From contig CM052831.1 of NCBI GenBank assembly GCA_028534125.1, positions 23,064,001 through 23,128,000 on the forward strand: a DNA stretch of 64,000 nt, read 5' to 3'. The DNA is from Lama glama (lineage: Eukaryota). Below are positions 1-15,200 of the stretch, piece after piece (the first letter of the stretch is position 1; each line of letters begins with the position of its first letter). The notes under the pieces are model-generated. The model made no database searches. It worked only from the letters and a program-made list of their open reading frames with translations, and was not told the origin of the DNA. The translations under genes were made by a program, and so were the position numbers.

Positions 1-232
1 CTCCACTCTTCTGGAAGCTGCCTAAGCTTGTCCAACACCGCCCGAGCCCTGCGCCCTGATACGACACATGGCTCCGCTTCTGGGCAGGTTGCCTTTTCTC
101 GGGACCTTGCGTGCGGGGGAGGGGGTGCTCCAGCCTTGGGCCGAGCCCGTCCCTTTCTGTACACCTAGCGCTGCCCGCCCCGCTTGTGTCTGAGGTCGTG
201 TCTGTCAAAATAAAGCCGCTAGAAACTGAGGC
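1..232 (+). other. IP6K1: 3' end of the IP6K1 3'UTR, with poly(A) signal
   Basis: AATAAA at 209-214 followed by a GU/U-rich tract (TGTCCCTGTTTTTG, 234-247). The gene name rests on conserved synteny (IP6K1 ends just upstream of GMPPB on the same strand); no coding sequence is visible. Confidence 0.6.
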
Positions 233-279
233 ATGTCCCTGTTTTTGAGAAAACCCCGTGGCCTCCAGAAGACAGGCGT

Positions 280-2774
<2,495 letters not shown>

Positions 2775-3010
2775 GAGGATGCCTTGGGGCTAGCTGAGCT
2801 CCCATTTCCTTCCTGGCAAGGGGAGCACCGGCTCAACCCATCAGAAGGCCCTGGACTCATTGCCATTTGGCTGGGGAGGACTGGATGAGGATGAAGCTGT
2901 TGTACACCTGCCTTCTGCAGTGGACATACTCTGGCAGGATCCTTGTTGGGCACACCCCACAAAGCCCACTCCCTCAAGGAGGGCCAAGGCAGGACTGTAT
3001 GTAATAATAA

Positions 3011-3016
3011 TTTAAT
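3011..3016 (-). terminator. RNF123 poly(A) signal (ATTAAA)
   Basis: TTTAAT on + = ATTAAA on -, ~200 nt downstream of the RNF123 stop codon. Confidence 0.65.
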
Positions 3017-3216
3017 GCTCACTGTGGCCCTGACTGAAAGTCGAGCTCAGGCACAATTAGGGCATGGCTGGGCTCCCGCCAACGAAGTTACACACAGGCA
3101 AGGAGGTTGGATGTGGGGCTGGTGGGTGGAGGATAGGGCAAGGGGAGCTCATAAATAGGGCCCAGCCTGGGTTTGGGTTCAAGGGTGGGGACTCCTGCTG
3201 TGTGGGCCAGGCAGGC

Positions 3217-6200
3217 CTAGGCAGCCGAGGAAGTAGCACTTGTGTTGGCTGCTTTCTCCCAGTCCTCTACGGACACGATGGTGGTTTTGCAGAAAAAGCA
3301 ATCCTTGTTGTTCATCAGGTGCTGGTTGATGCAGGCTCTACAACAGGGGATGGCATGTGGGGGCCTGTGTGTCCCTGCTGTTCCCTGCCCAACCTCCTGT
3401 GCCTGTGGGGCCCACTTACTTGCAAGACTTGTGGCCACAAGGCTGGAACACAGCAGAAATGGGGTGAGCATAGCAGATGGGGCAGAGGTCTTCCTCACTG
3501 GTGGGCTGCAGGGAGCAGAGTACAGGGTGGGCTGGAGTTGGATGCCCAGACAAATCGACATATACTATGTACACAATTGTGCTGATAAGTATTTGGGTGG
3601 TGTGGACCCACATGCTGTGGCTTCACTCACCAGGGAGGCAGCTGCTGCCTGGGCAGATGCAGAGGTCAGGTGTGCCAGCATCTGTTCCACTTGGGCCAGC
3701 TCCTCCACACTAATGTAATCTGTGTCTGGGGAGTGGTAGGAGGTATCAGGCCAAATGTGGCCTGAGAACCCAGTGCCTCTTGAATACTCCCAGCTTGGGA
3801 ATTTGTTCTTAAGACTGCCGACCTGGCCCAACCCCAAATCCCTCTCTCCCCTGACCCACCCCCAGCCCACTCACAGCTCTGTAGGGAGAAGCGCTTCCGG
3901 TCAGGGGCAGGCAGGGCAGTGCCAGGGGCCGGAGGCTCTGGCTGCCCCAGGAGATAGCATATAGAGCGGAGCTGGAAGCAGGGATCAGCCAGGAGCACTG
4001 ATGTGGCTCGCTCTCTCCTAGGTGGGAGAAGGTGCAAGGGTAGTCAGAAGGCTGTGCCTGTCTTGAAATCAATGTCTATTGAAGAGGTGGGGTGGTGTGA
4101 CAATCCAACCCATTTGCATTATTGCCCCCTTCACTTCACCCCATCCCTTGGCTTCTCAGCAGTCCCCCTCAACTAAGTCCAAAATCCCCATAAGACCCAC
4201 ATAGCCAGGGTACCAGTTTTAAGAAGGCTCAGGGTAAATTGTGATACTCCACCTACCCCTCTAATACATAACTCCTCAAAGAAAACACATTAGCAGCTTA
4301 AAACTATACTTCCCAGGTTTCCCCTTCTCTTCCGGGAGATGAGTGCTCTGGAAAGCTGCAGGCCAAGTGCAGGCTGAGGCGCTGGGGGGACAGACTCGTG
4401 CCCCCTCTGGCGGCCACGCGGGGTCAGTGATCGCCAGGGGGCGTGGCTGCCCCGCCCCCTCAGTGGGAGCCATTGGGAGCCTGAGGCCCCGCCTCCTGAG
4501 CAAGCACCTCCCAGAAAGTATTTAGAAGCTGAGCCTTCAGGAAGGCGCTCGGAGAGAGCTGGGAAAAGCGGAGGAGGAAGTACTGAGCAGAGCGTGGCCT
4601 TAGCTCGTAACTACAAACCTGGAACCAGGGAGCGGGAGCAGCCGGCCTCGTGGGGCGGAGCCCGTACCCTGCCTCTCCAGCCATCAGTCATTTAGCGCCC
4701 AGCACGTCGAGCCAGAGAAGTGGGTGAGTCTCAGATCTGCGTCCTAAGCGGAGCTGCCTCGTCCCGCCCCTGGAAGTGGCAGCCATGGCCCGGCTAGTGC
4801 TGCAGGGCACACTGCTGTGCATGCTGCGCGTCGGGTTAGGCACCCCGGACTCCGAGGGCTTTCTGCCCCCTGGGCCCCATAATTGCCCCTACAAATGTGT
4901 CTGCGCTGCCGACCTGCTGAGCTGCGCCGGCTTGGGGCTGCGGGATGTGCCGGTTGCATTACCAGTCACGGCTGCAGACCTCGACCTAAGCCACAATGCG
5001 CTCCAGCACCTGCGCCCCGGCTGGTTGGCGCCCCTCTCCCGGCTGCGTGCCCTGCATTTAAATCACAATGAGCTGAATGTGCTCGGTCGTGGAGTCTTCA
5101 ACAATGCCAGCGGCCTACGGCTGCTTGATTTATCATCTAATGCCCTGCGGGCGCTTGGCCGCCACGACCTCGATGGGCTAGGGGCACTGGAGATGCTGTT
5201 GCTGTTCAATAACCACCTGGCACACTTGGACGAGCATGCCTTCCACGGCCTGCGTGCGCTCAGTCGTCTCTACCTGGGCTGCAACCAACTCGCATCCTTC
5301 TCTTTCCACCATCTGCACGGGCTGGGTGCTACCCACCTACTTACCCTGGATCTCTCCTCCAACCGCCTGGGACGCATCTCCATACCTGACCTGGCCGCAC
5401 TGCCAGCCTTTCTCAAGAATGGCCTTTACTTGCACAACAACCCATTACCCTGTGACTGCCACCTCTACCACCTGCTTCAGCGCTGGCACCAGCGGGGACT
5501 AAATGCTGTGAGTGACTTCACACGCGAGTACACGTGCCTGGCCTTCAAAGTGCCCACATCCCGCGTGCGCTTCTTTGACCACAGCCGTGTCTTTGAGAAC
5601 TGCTCAGCTGCCATGGCTCTGGGTCTAGAGCGGCCTGAAGAGCAGCTGCATGTGCAGGTGGGACGGTCCCTGAGGCTACACTGTAACACCAGTGCCCCAG
5701 CCATGCGCATTGCCTGGGTCTCGCCGCAGCATGAGCTGCTCGTGGCACCAGGATCTCGCGACGGCAGCATTGCAGTGCTGGCTGATGGCACCTTGGCCAT
5801 TGGCAACGTGCAGACAAGGCACCAGGGTGTCTTTGTGTGCCTGGCCACCGGGCCCCGCCTGCATCACAACCAGACACACGAGTACAACGTGAGCGTGCAC
5901 TTCCCACACCCTGAGCCTGAGGCTTTCAACACAGGCTTCACCACACTGCTGGGCTGTGCCGTGGGCCTGGTGCTCGTGCTGCTCTACCTATTCGCACCGC
6001 CCTGCCCTGGCTGCCGCCGCTGCTACCATCACACCTGCCGCTGCCGCCGCTGGCCCCGAACACCCAGCCCACTCCAGGAGCTGAGCGCACAGTCCTCAGT
6101 GCTCAGCACCACGCCACCCGACGCACCCAGCCGCAAGGCCAGTGTCCACAAGCATGTGGTCTTTCTGGAGCCTGGCAGGAGGGGCCTCAATGGTCGTGTG

Positions 6201-9200
6201 CAGCTGGCAGCAGCTGAGGACTTTGACCTCTACAATCCCGTGGGCCTGCGACTCCAGGCTGGCTCTGAGTCTGCTAGCTCCACAGGCTCCGAGGGTCTGG
6301 TGATGACCTAGGCTGCCAAGGGCCCCCATCCAGGCCACTGCCTGCCCGCTGCTTGCCCTGTTCCTTGCTGCTGCCTAGAAAACTGCCAGATGTTGGTAGA
6401 AGCACTGGGCTTGGTCCTCCAGCCCCGATGTGGGCCTCAACATCAACCACAGTGACCCCACTCACTGGTACAGGGGTTGGGTTCCCCAGCCTCTCTCCTG
6501 CTCCACCCCAGCACAGGACCTAAAGGCCCCAGGCCATACCAGGGCCTGCTTGTGCCCACATTCCTTGGGACCTCCTGGCCAAATGTCCCATGAAGATTGG
6601 AACTGAGGCCCATCTGGAGGAACCCTTGCATTAGAGCCCCAGGTCCATTCTCAGGGGCTGAGGCAGCCCTCAAGGAGTGGTGGTAAAGGACTGAAGCATA
6701 ACCGCTTTCCCTTTTCCAAGCAGATGGGAAGGGAATGGCCCATGGGGGACAAGGAGGAGGACCTCAAAGGAAGACGTAGCCCCCACCCTCAGAGTGGAAG
6801 GAGGAATTATAAGCCCTCCTTCTGGTGAAATACAACTCCCCACAGGCCACTCTGAGGGCAGAGCCTCTCCCATCAGCTCACAGCACAGTAGTAAGGGGCA
6901 CCAGGGCCTGTGCCCTAGCTTTTCAGCAGTAAAAAGCCTGCTGAGCACAGCCAAGATGGGAGGGCCGAGCTGGAACTCACTGTCTCTCGAGAGTAGAATC
7001 CTCTTAAGGGCTGGCACTGGTCTCGGCCTAATGGCTGAAGCAGTGCCCTGGCTTCATATGCATCTCACCACTCCCACTGCAGGGAGGCAGGGAAGGGGGG
7101 CTCTGGGAACTCCTCCTGAGTGGGGGGCCCCTACAAGTGTCCTGGATCCAGTTACTGTGGAGTTTCTTAATAAAGGTAGTATATGCTCGTCGCTGGAGCT
7201 GTCACAGACTCAGGTTAACGGTGTGTGTGCTCATAATCCCAGCAGTGCCATCCTAGACATCGCAGGATGGCACCCCGTCCCTACCACAGAGCCTTGGTTC
7301 CCCTGCCCCTGCCTGAGGCATAGCCACAGCCAGCAGCTCTGACCATGACCAGGGCACCCTGCTCTGCTGAAGTCCTGGCTTCTACTTAGAGCTGCTGCTG
7401 CTCTTGCACTGCCTTTCCTCCACCCCCAGACCTGATAACTAAGGTCCCTGTGAGAGACAAGGAAACTGAGCTGTGGGGAGGCACTGCCCAGCCCCCTCCC
7501 CATCAGACAAGCCCAGCTCCCACAGGGGCCCCCAGTCCCCAACACTCACCCTGAGGCTGGGCCGTGCACCAGAAGCCGCACCAGGATGCCTGTCACCGCC
7601 ACCAGAATAGGGTAGTGGTCCACGCTCTCTAGGCCTAAGACGGGAAGGAAGGGGATGAGCTACGCATGCGCTCCTGCTGTAGGGGCTCCACCCCTGCCTG
7701 GCTGACGTCATCCACGCCTCCCACTGTCTTCCCCACAGAAGGGTGAGCTAGGCTGGCAGTGCCAAGCCTGACTGTCCCCGTACAGACTGTAGAATCAGGC
7801 AGCACTGCTCCTGGCAGAGAAACCAAGGCCTGTGGTGTGCTGGGTGCCGGGCATCTAGGTCCTCACCAGGCAGCCGCAGGGTGACCACACGATCAAATAG
7901 GTTCCTCTCAGCTGTCACCCGGTTCAGCACCTGATTCAGCAGCTGTGAGGGCAGGAACCCATTGGTGGATAGTTGGGCTTACAATTGGGGTGTCCCCAGG
8001 GTGCCAACCCTCCTTGCCCAGATGGACATACCTGTGCAAGACGCCGCAGTAGCATCTCAGAGGTGGGCCGGGCCCAGTCGAGGAATATCTCAGGCACCAG
8101 CGTGATGGTCATCTCTAAGACCCGCAGCAGGCTGACTGAGAGGTCAAAGCAGGTGGCACATACCTTGAGCTGCCGGCTGTCCACAAAGTTCCGCTCCAGG
8201 CGTTCAGCAGCCTGCTGGATCTGAGCCGCCAACAGAGAGATGGGCGGCAGTCAGTGGCCTGGCCATACCACAGGTCATGCCTCATCCTCTGCAGCTCCCT
8301 CACCCATGAGGTCACCCCGTGACCCACCTCCTGGATCATGCCAATGAACTCAGAGAAGGCCCAGTTGAGCTGGTTGAGGACACTGTTGAGGAAGCTGGGT
8401 GCCACGTCGGGACCCTCCCGCAGCAGGTCTGCCATGTGCTGCTGTAGCAGGGTGGAGGGGCAGGGCTCTGGGAGACGTGGGAAAGAGGAGCATCAGGGAC
8501 TCCAGTCAGTGGCCCCTGCTTTTCTGCCTGTGCCCTCACTCACTGGGCTGTTGGTGTAAGGGCAGAGGCTCCCTGGGAATGCTCAAGTCATGATGGCAGG
8601 GGGACAGGGTGCAGTACCACCTGGGGGTTAGGGCTAAATCTGTCCCCTCCCTCTGCTGAACAAACCGCAGGCTGCAGTTGTTCCCAGCACCACCCCGACC
8701 CAGTTCTAGAACAGCCTCTTAGCCCCAACCTGATCCCCAGCAAGTTCTCAGTAACATGCCCTTCAGGAGAGGGCTAGACTTAGACGGAGTAACCTAGACT
8801 CCTCCACTCCTATCAAGGCCATTTCTCCCAAGAGCCTAATCGGAGCCCTGCCATCCTCCACTGTCCTCTGCTGCCCTTGGCCTGGCCTTGGCACATGGCC
8901 AAAGTGGTGGGTGCCAAGTCTGAGCTGACAGGCGGCAGTAACCAGAGGCCTCAGCTGCACCCAGGCTGGGTATACCTCCCCCGCGCTAATCAATAGTTCC
9001 TGCAGCATCAGGATGTGAATCTAGCCCCACTGCTGCTCTCCATGTGCAGCACAGGCCCACCCTGGAGGCAGGACCCTGACAACCAGCAAGGACTTGCTTT
9101 GTGACTTTGCACAAGGCACTCAGGCTCTGGGGACCCCTTTGGTCCAAAACACTGCCCACAAGGGCAGAACCATCCATGTGAGAACCATTGTAGGGTGAGT

Positions 9201-12200
9201 ACAACACGAGGCAGGCAGACTCTGGAAACAGGACAGCCTGAGACTTGGGGCTGGGCCTAGTGAAGGTCCTCAGGCTCACAGGGCTTTGCAGCGCCACAGG
9301 CGCAGGACAGAATGCAGCCTTTGCTCCCAACCAAAGGCCCCTTCCTCCAGGAAGCTCCATGGACACCCTGTGGGGCCCTGGCCAACCCCTAGCTTATGCC
9401 TCTGCCTTGACTCAGGTATCCAGGGCCTGGCACCAGCAGATAGAAATGAAGGGGCAGAACATGGTGTTGGGACAAGGCTGGAGATCAGGGAGCTGGCTCA
9501 GAGGGCAAAGGACAGTGTCCTCACTTTGCATAAGCTGCCAGCAGCCTGGGAAGATGCTGCCCCTTTTCACTGTGACCATGCAGAGTGTTCAGGATCAAAG
9601 GGCACATGTGGAACTGGAGAGTAAGGGAACTTGAGTGTCCTTGCACTGGGAAGAAGCAGGGAAACAGAAACCTCATGGGACAGACAGGGAGTTTGGACCC
9701 AACATCAGTCCAGGACTAGGGCTGGAGGAAGTGGGGAAAGTCTGAGAGAACCTTAGAGCAGTGGGCAAGGGCCCCCAGCCTGTAAAACTGGATACTCACT
9801 CTGGAGGCTGGGTAAATTGGCATCCTCAGGTTTGGTCTTCAGCAGGTGTGGCAACCGAGTATAACGGTACCCGAACCCACAGCCCTAGGGGTGGGGTCAG
9901 TGGGAGGTCAGTGGGGCAGGGCAGGGCACCCCTCCCTCATCCCCACCAGCCAGCCACAGCCACCCCGCCTCCAGCCAGGCTTACCCTCCAGAGCCGCACC
10001 AGGATCCAGTTGGTCTGGGCCCAGGGCCGCTGCTCATAGGGAGCCAGGAGGCTCCTCACCATGGCGATGCGCCTGCAAGGGCAAGGGGTGGTCGGGCATG
10101 TGGTAAGGCTGGGCATGGTGCTGTGCAGGCCAGAGTGCATGCCCCCCTGCCCCTGGGCCCCAACTCACTGCTCCTCAGGGATCCGCTCCACAGCCCGCAG
10201 GGAGTTTGGGTAGCACACATAGCTGGCCAGGGCCTGCATCAGTGAATCACGGATGTCTGCCGGAACAGGCCATGCCTCAGCAGGTATCTGGCATGAGCCC
10301 TGGTCCCCATGCATCACTCCTACCTGGCTGGCATTCTACACAGAAAATAGCCAGCCAGAGGTGCCACCCCGTCCCCATCCCCCGAGCCCTCTGTAGGGCA
10401 CCTCACCAGTACCCACGATGCGTGTGTCGGCAAAGTGTTTGGCAAGGATGGCAGCCAGGCGGGTCAGGGTCTCTTCGTAGCCTGCAGAGTGGGGTAGTAG
10501 GAGCAGCTGACTAGGAGTACAGATTCCAGGGACAGGCACATCCCTTGTTGGGTTGGCTTGGGTAGCAGGCAGGTCCAGAGCTGGCTCCAAGGGCCAGTAT
10601 GAGCCCAAGCCAGCATCTGAGGACCTCAGGCAGGGCATTCACTAACAGTTGGCGAGAGGCTAAGCCACAGACTCACTACAGGGGTTGGGCGGGTCCCAGC
10701 GGGAAGACAGGTTCTGGAAAGAGTTCTGCCCGTGCTCAAACCCACCTCAGCACACATATCTTGAGCAGTCAAAGCCCCTGGGGCACCCAGAGCTCCACTT
10801 CTTGAGAACAAAGCCTGCACCTAGGCCTAGGGCAGGGCAGGGGGCCTGACAGCTCCCAGCCTGATCCCAACATCAACTGCCAAGCCTGGCCTGGAATCAG
10901 TGGTCTGCAAGAAGCCCAGACTCCTACGTGGCCACCAACAGGGCCCCCCACCCCTTGCTGTGATCTGCCTGGGATGCCACACCCCATGGCCAGTGCCAGG
11001 GTGGCAGGATGAGAGGCCAGCTGGCTCCTGGGCCCCAGCAGCACCAAGAAGGAAATGAAAGCCAGGGCAGGGCGGGTACTCCATTTTGTCTGTTTCCCTC
11101 CCAACACCAGGGAGGAGCTGTTGGTTGTGGCTGCCGGTCCTAGAGCAGGGCTCTCCACCCCTTGGGACTTTTGCAAATTCTTACTTGATGCTGGGCAGGG
11201 CAGAGTAGGACCTGCCTCACCTCCTTCTCACAGGGATGTGTGCTGCTGGACCATGAAGGCTCAGCAAGGCTGTAAGGGCTCACTCCAAAGACCCCCTTTT
11301 CTGCCCCCTCCCAGCCTGCGTGGCCCCATCACCTGGGAGCTCCTCCACGCTGTGCACGGGGCCAAAGTAATTCTTGAGGGCGCTGTAGCTGTTGATGGCC
11401 ACACTCAGGTAGAACTCAGGCATGAAGGCAAAGAGAGAACCCGTGCGGTCGCCATGCTCGATGGTCCGCAGGCAGACGCGCAGCAGCCAGTAGATGTCCT
11501 GCATCTTCTCCTGCAGGAGGCACATGCACGCTGCTGGGCTGTTCACAGGAAGAGGCACGGGGCACGGTCCCGTCTGGGGATTAGGAAGGGCCTCCCAGGA
11601 CTACGACATGAAAACTGAGAAATGGATTTCCAGAAGTGGGAGCAGTGGCTCAGGCAGGGACGATCAAATACTGGTCTGGGCAGGCAAGAATGGCCACCTA
11701 GTCTGGAGAGGGTAGCACTACAACCCAGACCAGAACTCTGATTTGCATTTTTTTAAGGTACAGAAGGTTTTAAGTGAGAGAGTGCCGTGTGATCAGAAGT
11801 CTGTGTCAGAACACTGCCCAGAGCAGAAGGGGCTGCAGGGGCAAGTGGGGACAAGGAGTGAGGAAGCAACAGCCTCATCCAGGCCCAAGACAGCAAGGGG
11901 ACTGGATGGTCAGGAACGGGGATGCACCAGTGGGCTGTGGGGACAAGGGAATGGGCTCACATTTCTGGGGGGTGATGGGCCCTCCATGCAGGTCACAAGT
12001 ACCAGAGGGGAAGCAGGCCTGGTGCAGGGCAGAGAGCATGTGGCTTAGGATGTGTGGAGCACGAGGTACCTAGTGATGTCCCCAAAGAGGTAGTGTTGAG
12101 GAGGCAGGTAGAAACTTGGTCTGGTGCTCAGAGAAGGTCGTGGGAAGGCCAAAGGCAGCGTGACTGCTAGTGGACCAGAGGCCACAGAAAGCAGACAAAA

Positions 12201-15200
12201 TCTGCCAAGGGCCCTGTTCCTCACAATATAGGTTCCAGACAGTCTACTGGGATCCCACAGAAGGGCCCAGAAGGGGTCACCAACCAGAACAGGGCCCTAG
12301 GCCCCAGCCCAGACTCACAACACCCACATCTCTTGGAGTGGAGCCAGAGCATTGGGACCTTCCACCAGCTCTCTGCTGTGCTCTCAAACCTGAGAACCCA
12401 TGGAGATGTAATCAAGAAGTGAGAGGGTGGGCCTGGGAGTACACATGGGAAGTGAGCCAGAAGGCCTGCGGGGAGCCGGCGCCAGAGAAGACCACGTCTA
12501 GGGACGACAATGGCACTGACGCAGCCAAGGGACCACTGAAATGGGAGAGGAGACATGTCTGCAAAGGGAGAGGGGTGAGCGTGATAGAGACCTCGTAAGA
12601 CTATTTCAGAGCAGAGGAGCCTGAGCTGGGCCAAGAGTGAAGGGAAGATAAAGAAGCTAAAACACAGAGAAGGAAGGAGAGAGTGGCAGCTGTTAAGCAG
12701 ATGTGACATCAGGGAAAGGCGCCGTGGGTTTTTCTTTCACTAATGGGAGAAACTGAATGAACAGGAGGCAAGCACTGAAACACTGAAGATGCAGAAGAAA
12801 CAACGGCAGTTCAGGGTAATTAAGGCTGTTACTACCGAAAGTGCACAATCAACATACTCAACGGTGAAAGACCTTCCCCTCAGAGCGAGAACAAGACAAG
12901 GACGTCTGCTTTCACCACTTCTATTCAACTTGGTATTGGAAGTTCTAACCAGAATTAGGCAAGAAAAAGTAGTAAAAGGGAGGGAGGGAGTAAAATTATC
13001 TGTTTGCAGATGACAAGATCATGTAGAAAACCGTAAAGACTCCACCAAAAAACTGTTAGAATAAAGGAATTCAGAAAATTTGCAGGATACAAAACCAGCA
13101 AATCAACTGTGTTTCTACATACAAGCAATGAACAATCCAAAAAAGAAATTGAGAAAACGATTCTATTTACATTAGTATCAAAAAGAATTAAACAGATGTG
13201 AATTTAACCAAGGAGGCGAAACACTTGTACACTGAAAATTACAAAATGTTGTTCAAAGAAATGCAAAAAGGCACAAACAAGTGGAAAGACATCTCATGTT
13301 CACGGACTAGAAGACTTAATATTGTTTGATGTTAATACTACCCAAAGTAATTTGCAGTTTTAATGCAATTGCTATGAAAATCCCAATGGCTTTTTTTTTT
13401 TTTTTTGCAAAAAGAAAAATTCTATTCTATTCTGTTCTAAAATTCATATCCAATTTATATCTCAAGGGACTCCAAACAGACAAAACAATCTTGAAATAGA
13501 ATAAAATTGCAGATCTTATACTTCCTGATTTCAAAACTTACTGCAAAGCTACAATAAATCAAAACAGTGTGGTACTGGCATAAACACAGACATATAGACC
13601 AATGGAGTAGACAGGCCCCCCCAAACAACCCTCACACACATGGTCAAATGATTTTTGACAATGGTGCCAAGGTCGTTCAATGGAGAAAGGACAGTCTATT
13701 CAATAAAGGGTGCTAGGAAAACTGGATAGCCACAAGCAAAAGAATGGCATTGTACCATACCTCACGTCATATACAAAAATTAACTTGAAATAGATCAAAG
13801 ACAAACTTAAAAACTATAGAACTCTTAGAAGAAAACACAAGGGAAAAGCTTCAGGACCTTGATTTCTTGGATACCACAACAAAAACAAAGGCAAGGAAAG
13901 AAAACAGATAAATGGACTTCATCAAAATTTAAAAATATGCATCAAAATTTTAAAAGTGCATCAAGTGACATAATTAACAGGGTGAAAAGGTGACCCCAAA
14001 AATGGGAGAAAAATATTTGTAAATCATAATCTGATAAGGCATTAATATCCAGAATATATAAATAAAAAAAACCAACCCAATAAAAAAATGGCAAATGGAC
14101 TTGANNNNNNNNNNNNNNNNNNNNNNNNNNNNNNNNNNNNNNNNNNNNNNNNNNNNNNNNNNNNNNNNNNNNNNNNNNNNNNNNNNNNNNNNNNNNNNNN
14201 NNNNNNNNNNNNNNNNNNNNNNNNNNNNNNNNNNNNATTATAAAAAATAAAAATTATAGTACCAGGTGTTGGCAAGGATGGGAAGAAATTAGAAACGTGT
14301 GCCCTACTGTAGGGAATGGTGCAGCCNNNNNNNNNNNNNNNNNNNNNNNNNNNNNNNNNNNNNNNNNNNNNNNNNNNNNNNNNNNNNNNNNNNNNNNNNN
14401 NNNNNNNNNNNNNNNNNNNNNNNNNNNNNNNNNNNNNNNNNNNNNNNNNNNNNNNNNNNNNNNNNNNNNNNNNNNNNNNNNNNNNNNNNNNNNNNNNNNN
14501 NNNNNNNNNNNNNNNNNNNNNNNNNAAAATGGGGTCCATACATACAATGGAATAGTAGCCTTAAAAAGGAATGAAATCCTGACACAGGCTACAATGCAGA
14601 TGAATCATGAGAACATTATGCTAGATGAAATAAGCCAGTGAAAAAGATTCCACTTATAGATGAGGTACCTAGAGTAGTTAGATTCATAGAGACAGAAAGC
14701 AGAATGGTGGTTCTCTTCAGGGACTGAGGTGGGCGGTGGAGGGATGGGGAGGTAGTGGGGAGAAGTTTCAGTCCTGGGAGATGAAGGTTGCATGGCCATG
14801 TGAATATACTTAACACTACTGAACTGTACATTTGAAACAATTTAGACAGTAAATTACATATTGTATTCCACCACAGTTTGAAAAAACAGTTAAAGTGGTA
14901 AATTTTATGTTATGTACATTTTACCACAATTTAAAAGGAAGAAGATCTAGAGATGGGAGGATGAGGTTCCTAAGAAGACGGTGTGGGAGGAGGCAGCAAG
15001 ACTGCCTTGGGAGGTGGACAGGCAGGAAGTCCCGGCAGTGGGGAGGAGAGGAAGTTCCCTGACAGTGACCATCTTGGTGAGGCTGGAGCAAGGTGGTCTG
15101 TGGCAAGAGGGAACAGAGGGGTCAAAGGTGGAGGAGGTCTGTGTTGGGGAGGTGCCACCAGGGGAAAGAGCAAGTAGAGATGGTGAGGGAGAGATGAGGA

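Noticed and set aside
4776-4784. GTG start extending AMIGO3 by 3 aa in the ORF track
   Set aside because: The ATG at 4785 has a strong Kozak context and begins the signal peptide.
7922-7942. TTCAGCACC resembling a REST/NRSE left half-site
   Set aside because: No GGACAG right half, and it lies in an RNF123 coding exon.
14042-14641. ORFs made mostly of X
   Set aside because: Artefacts of N gaps inside the L1; the same applies to the other gap-spanning ORFs.
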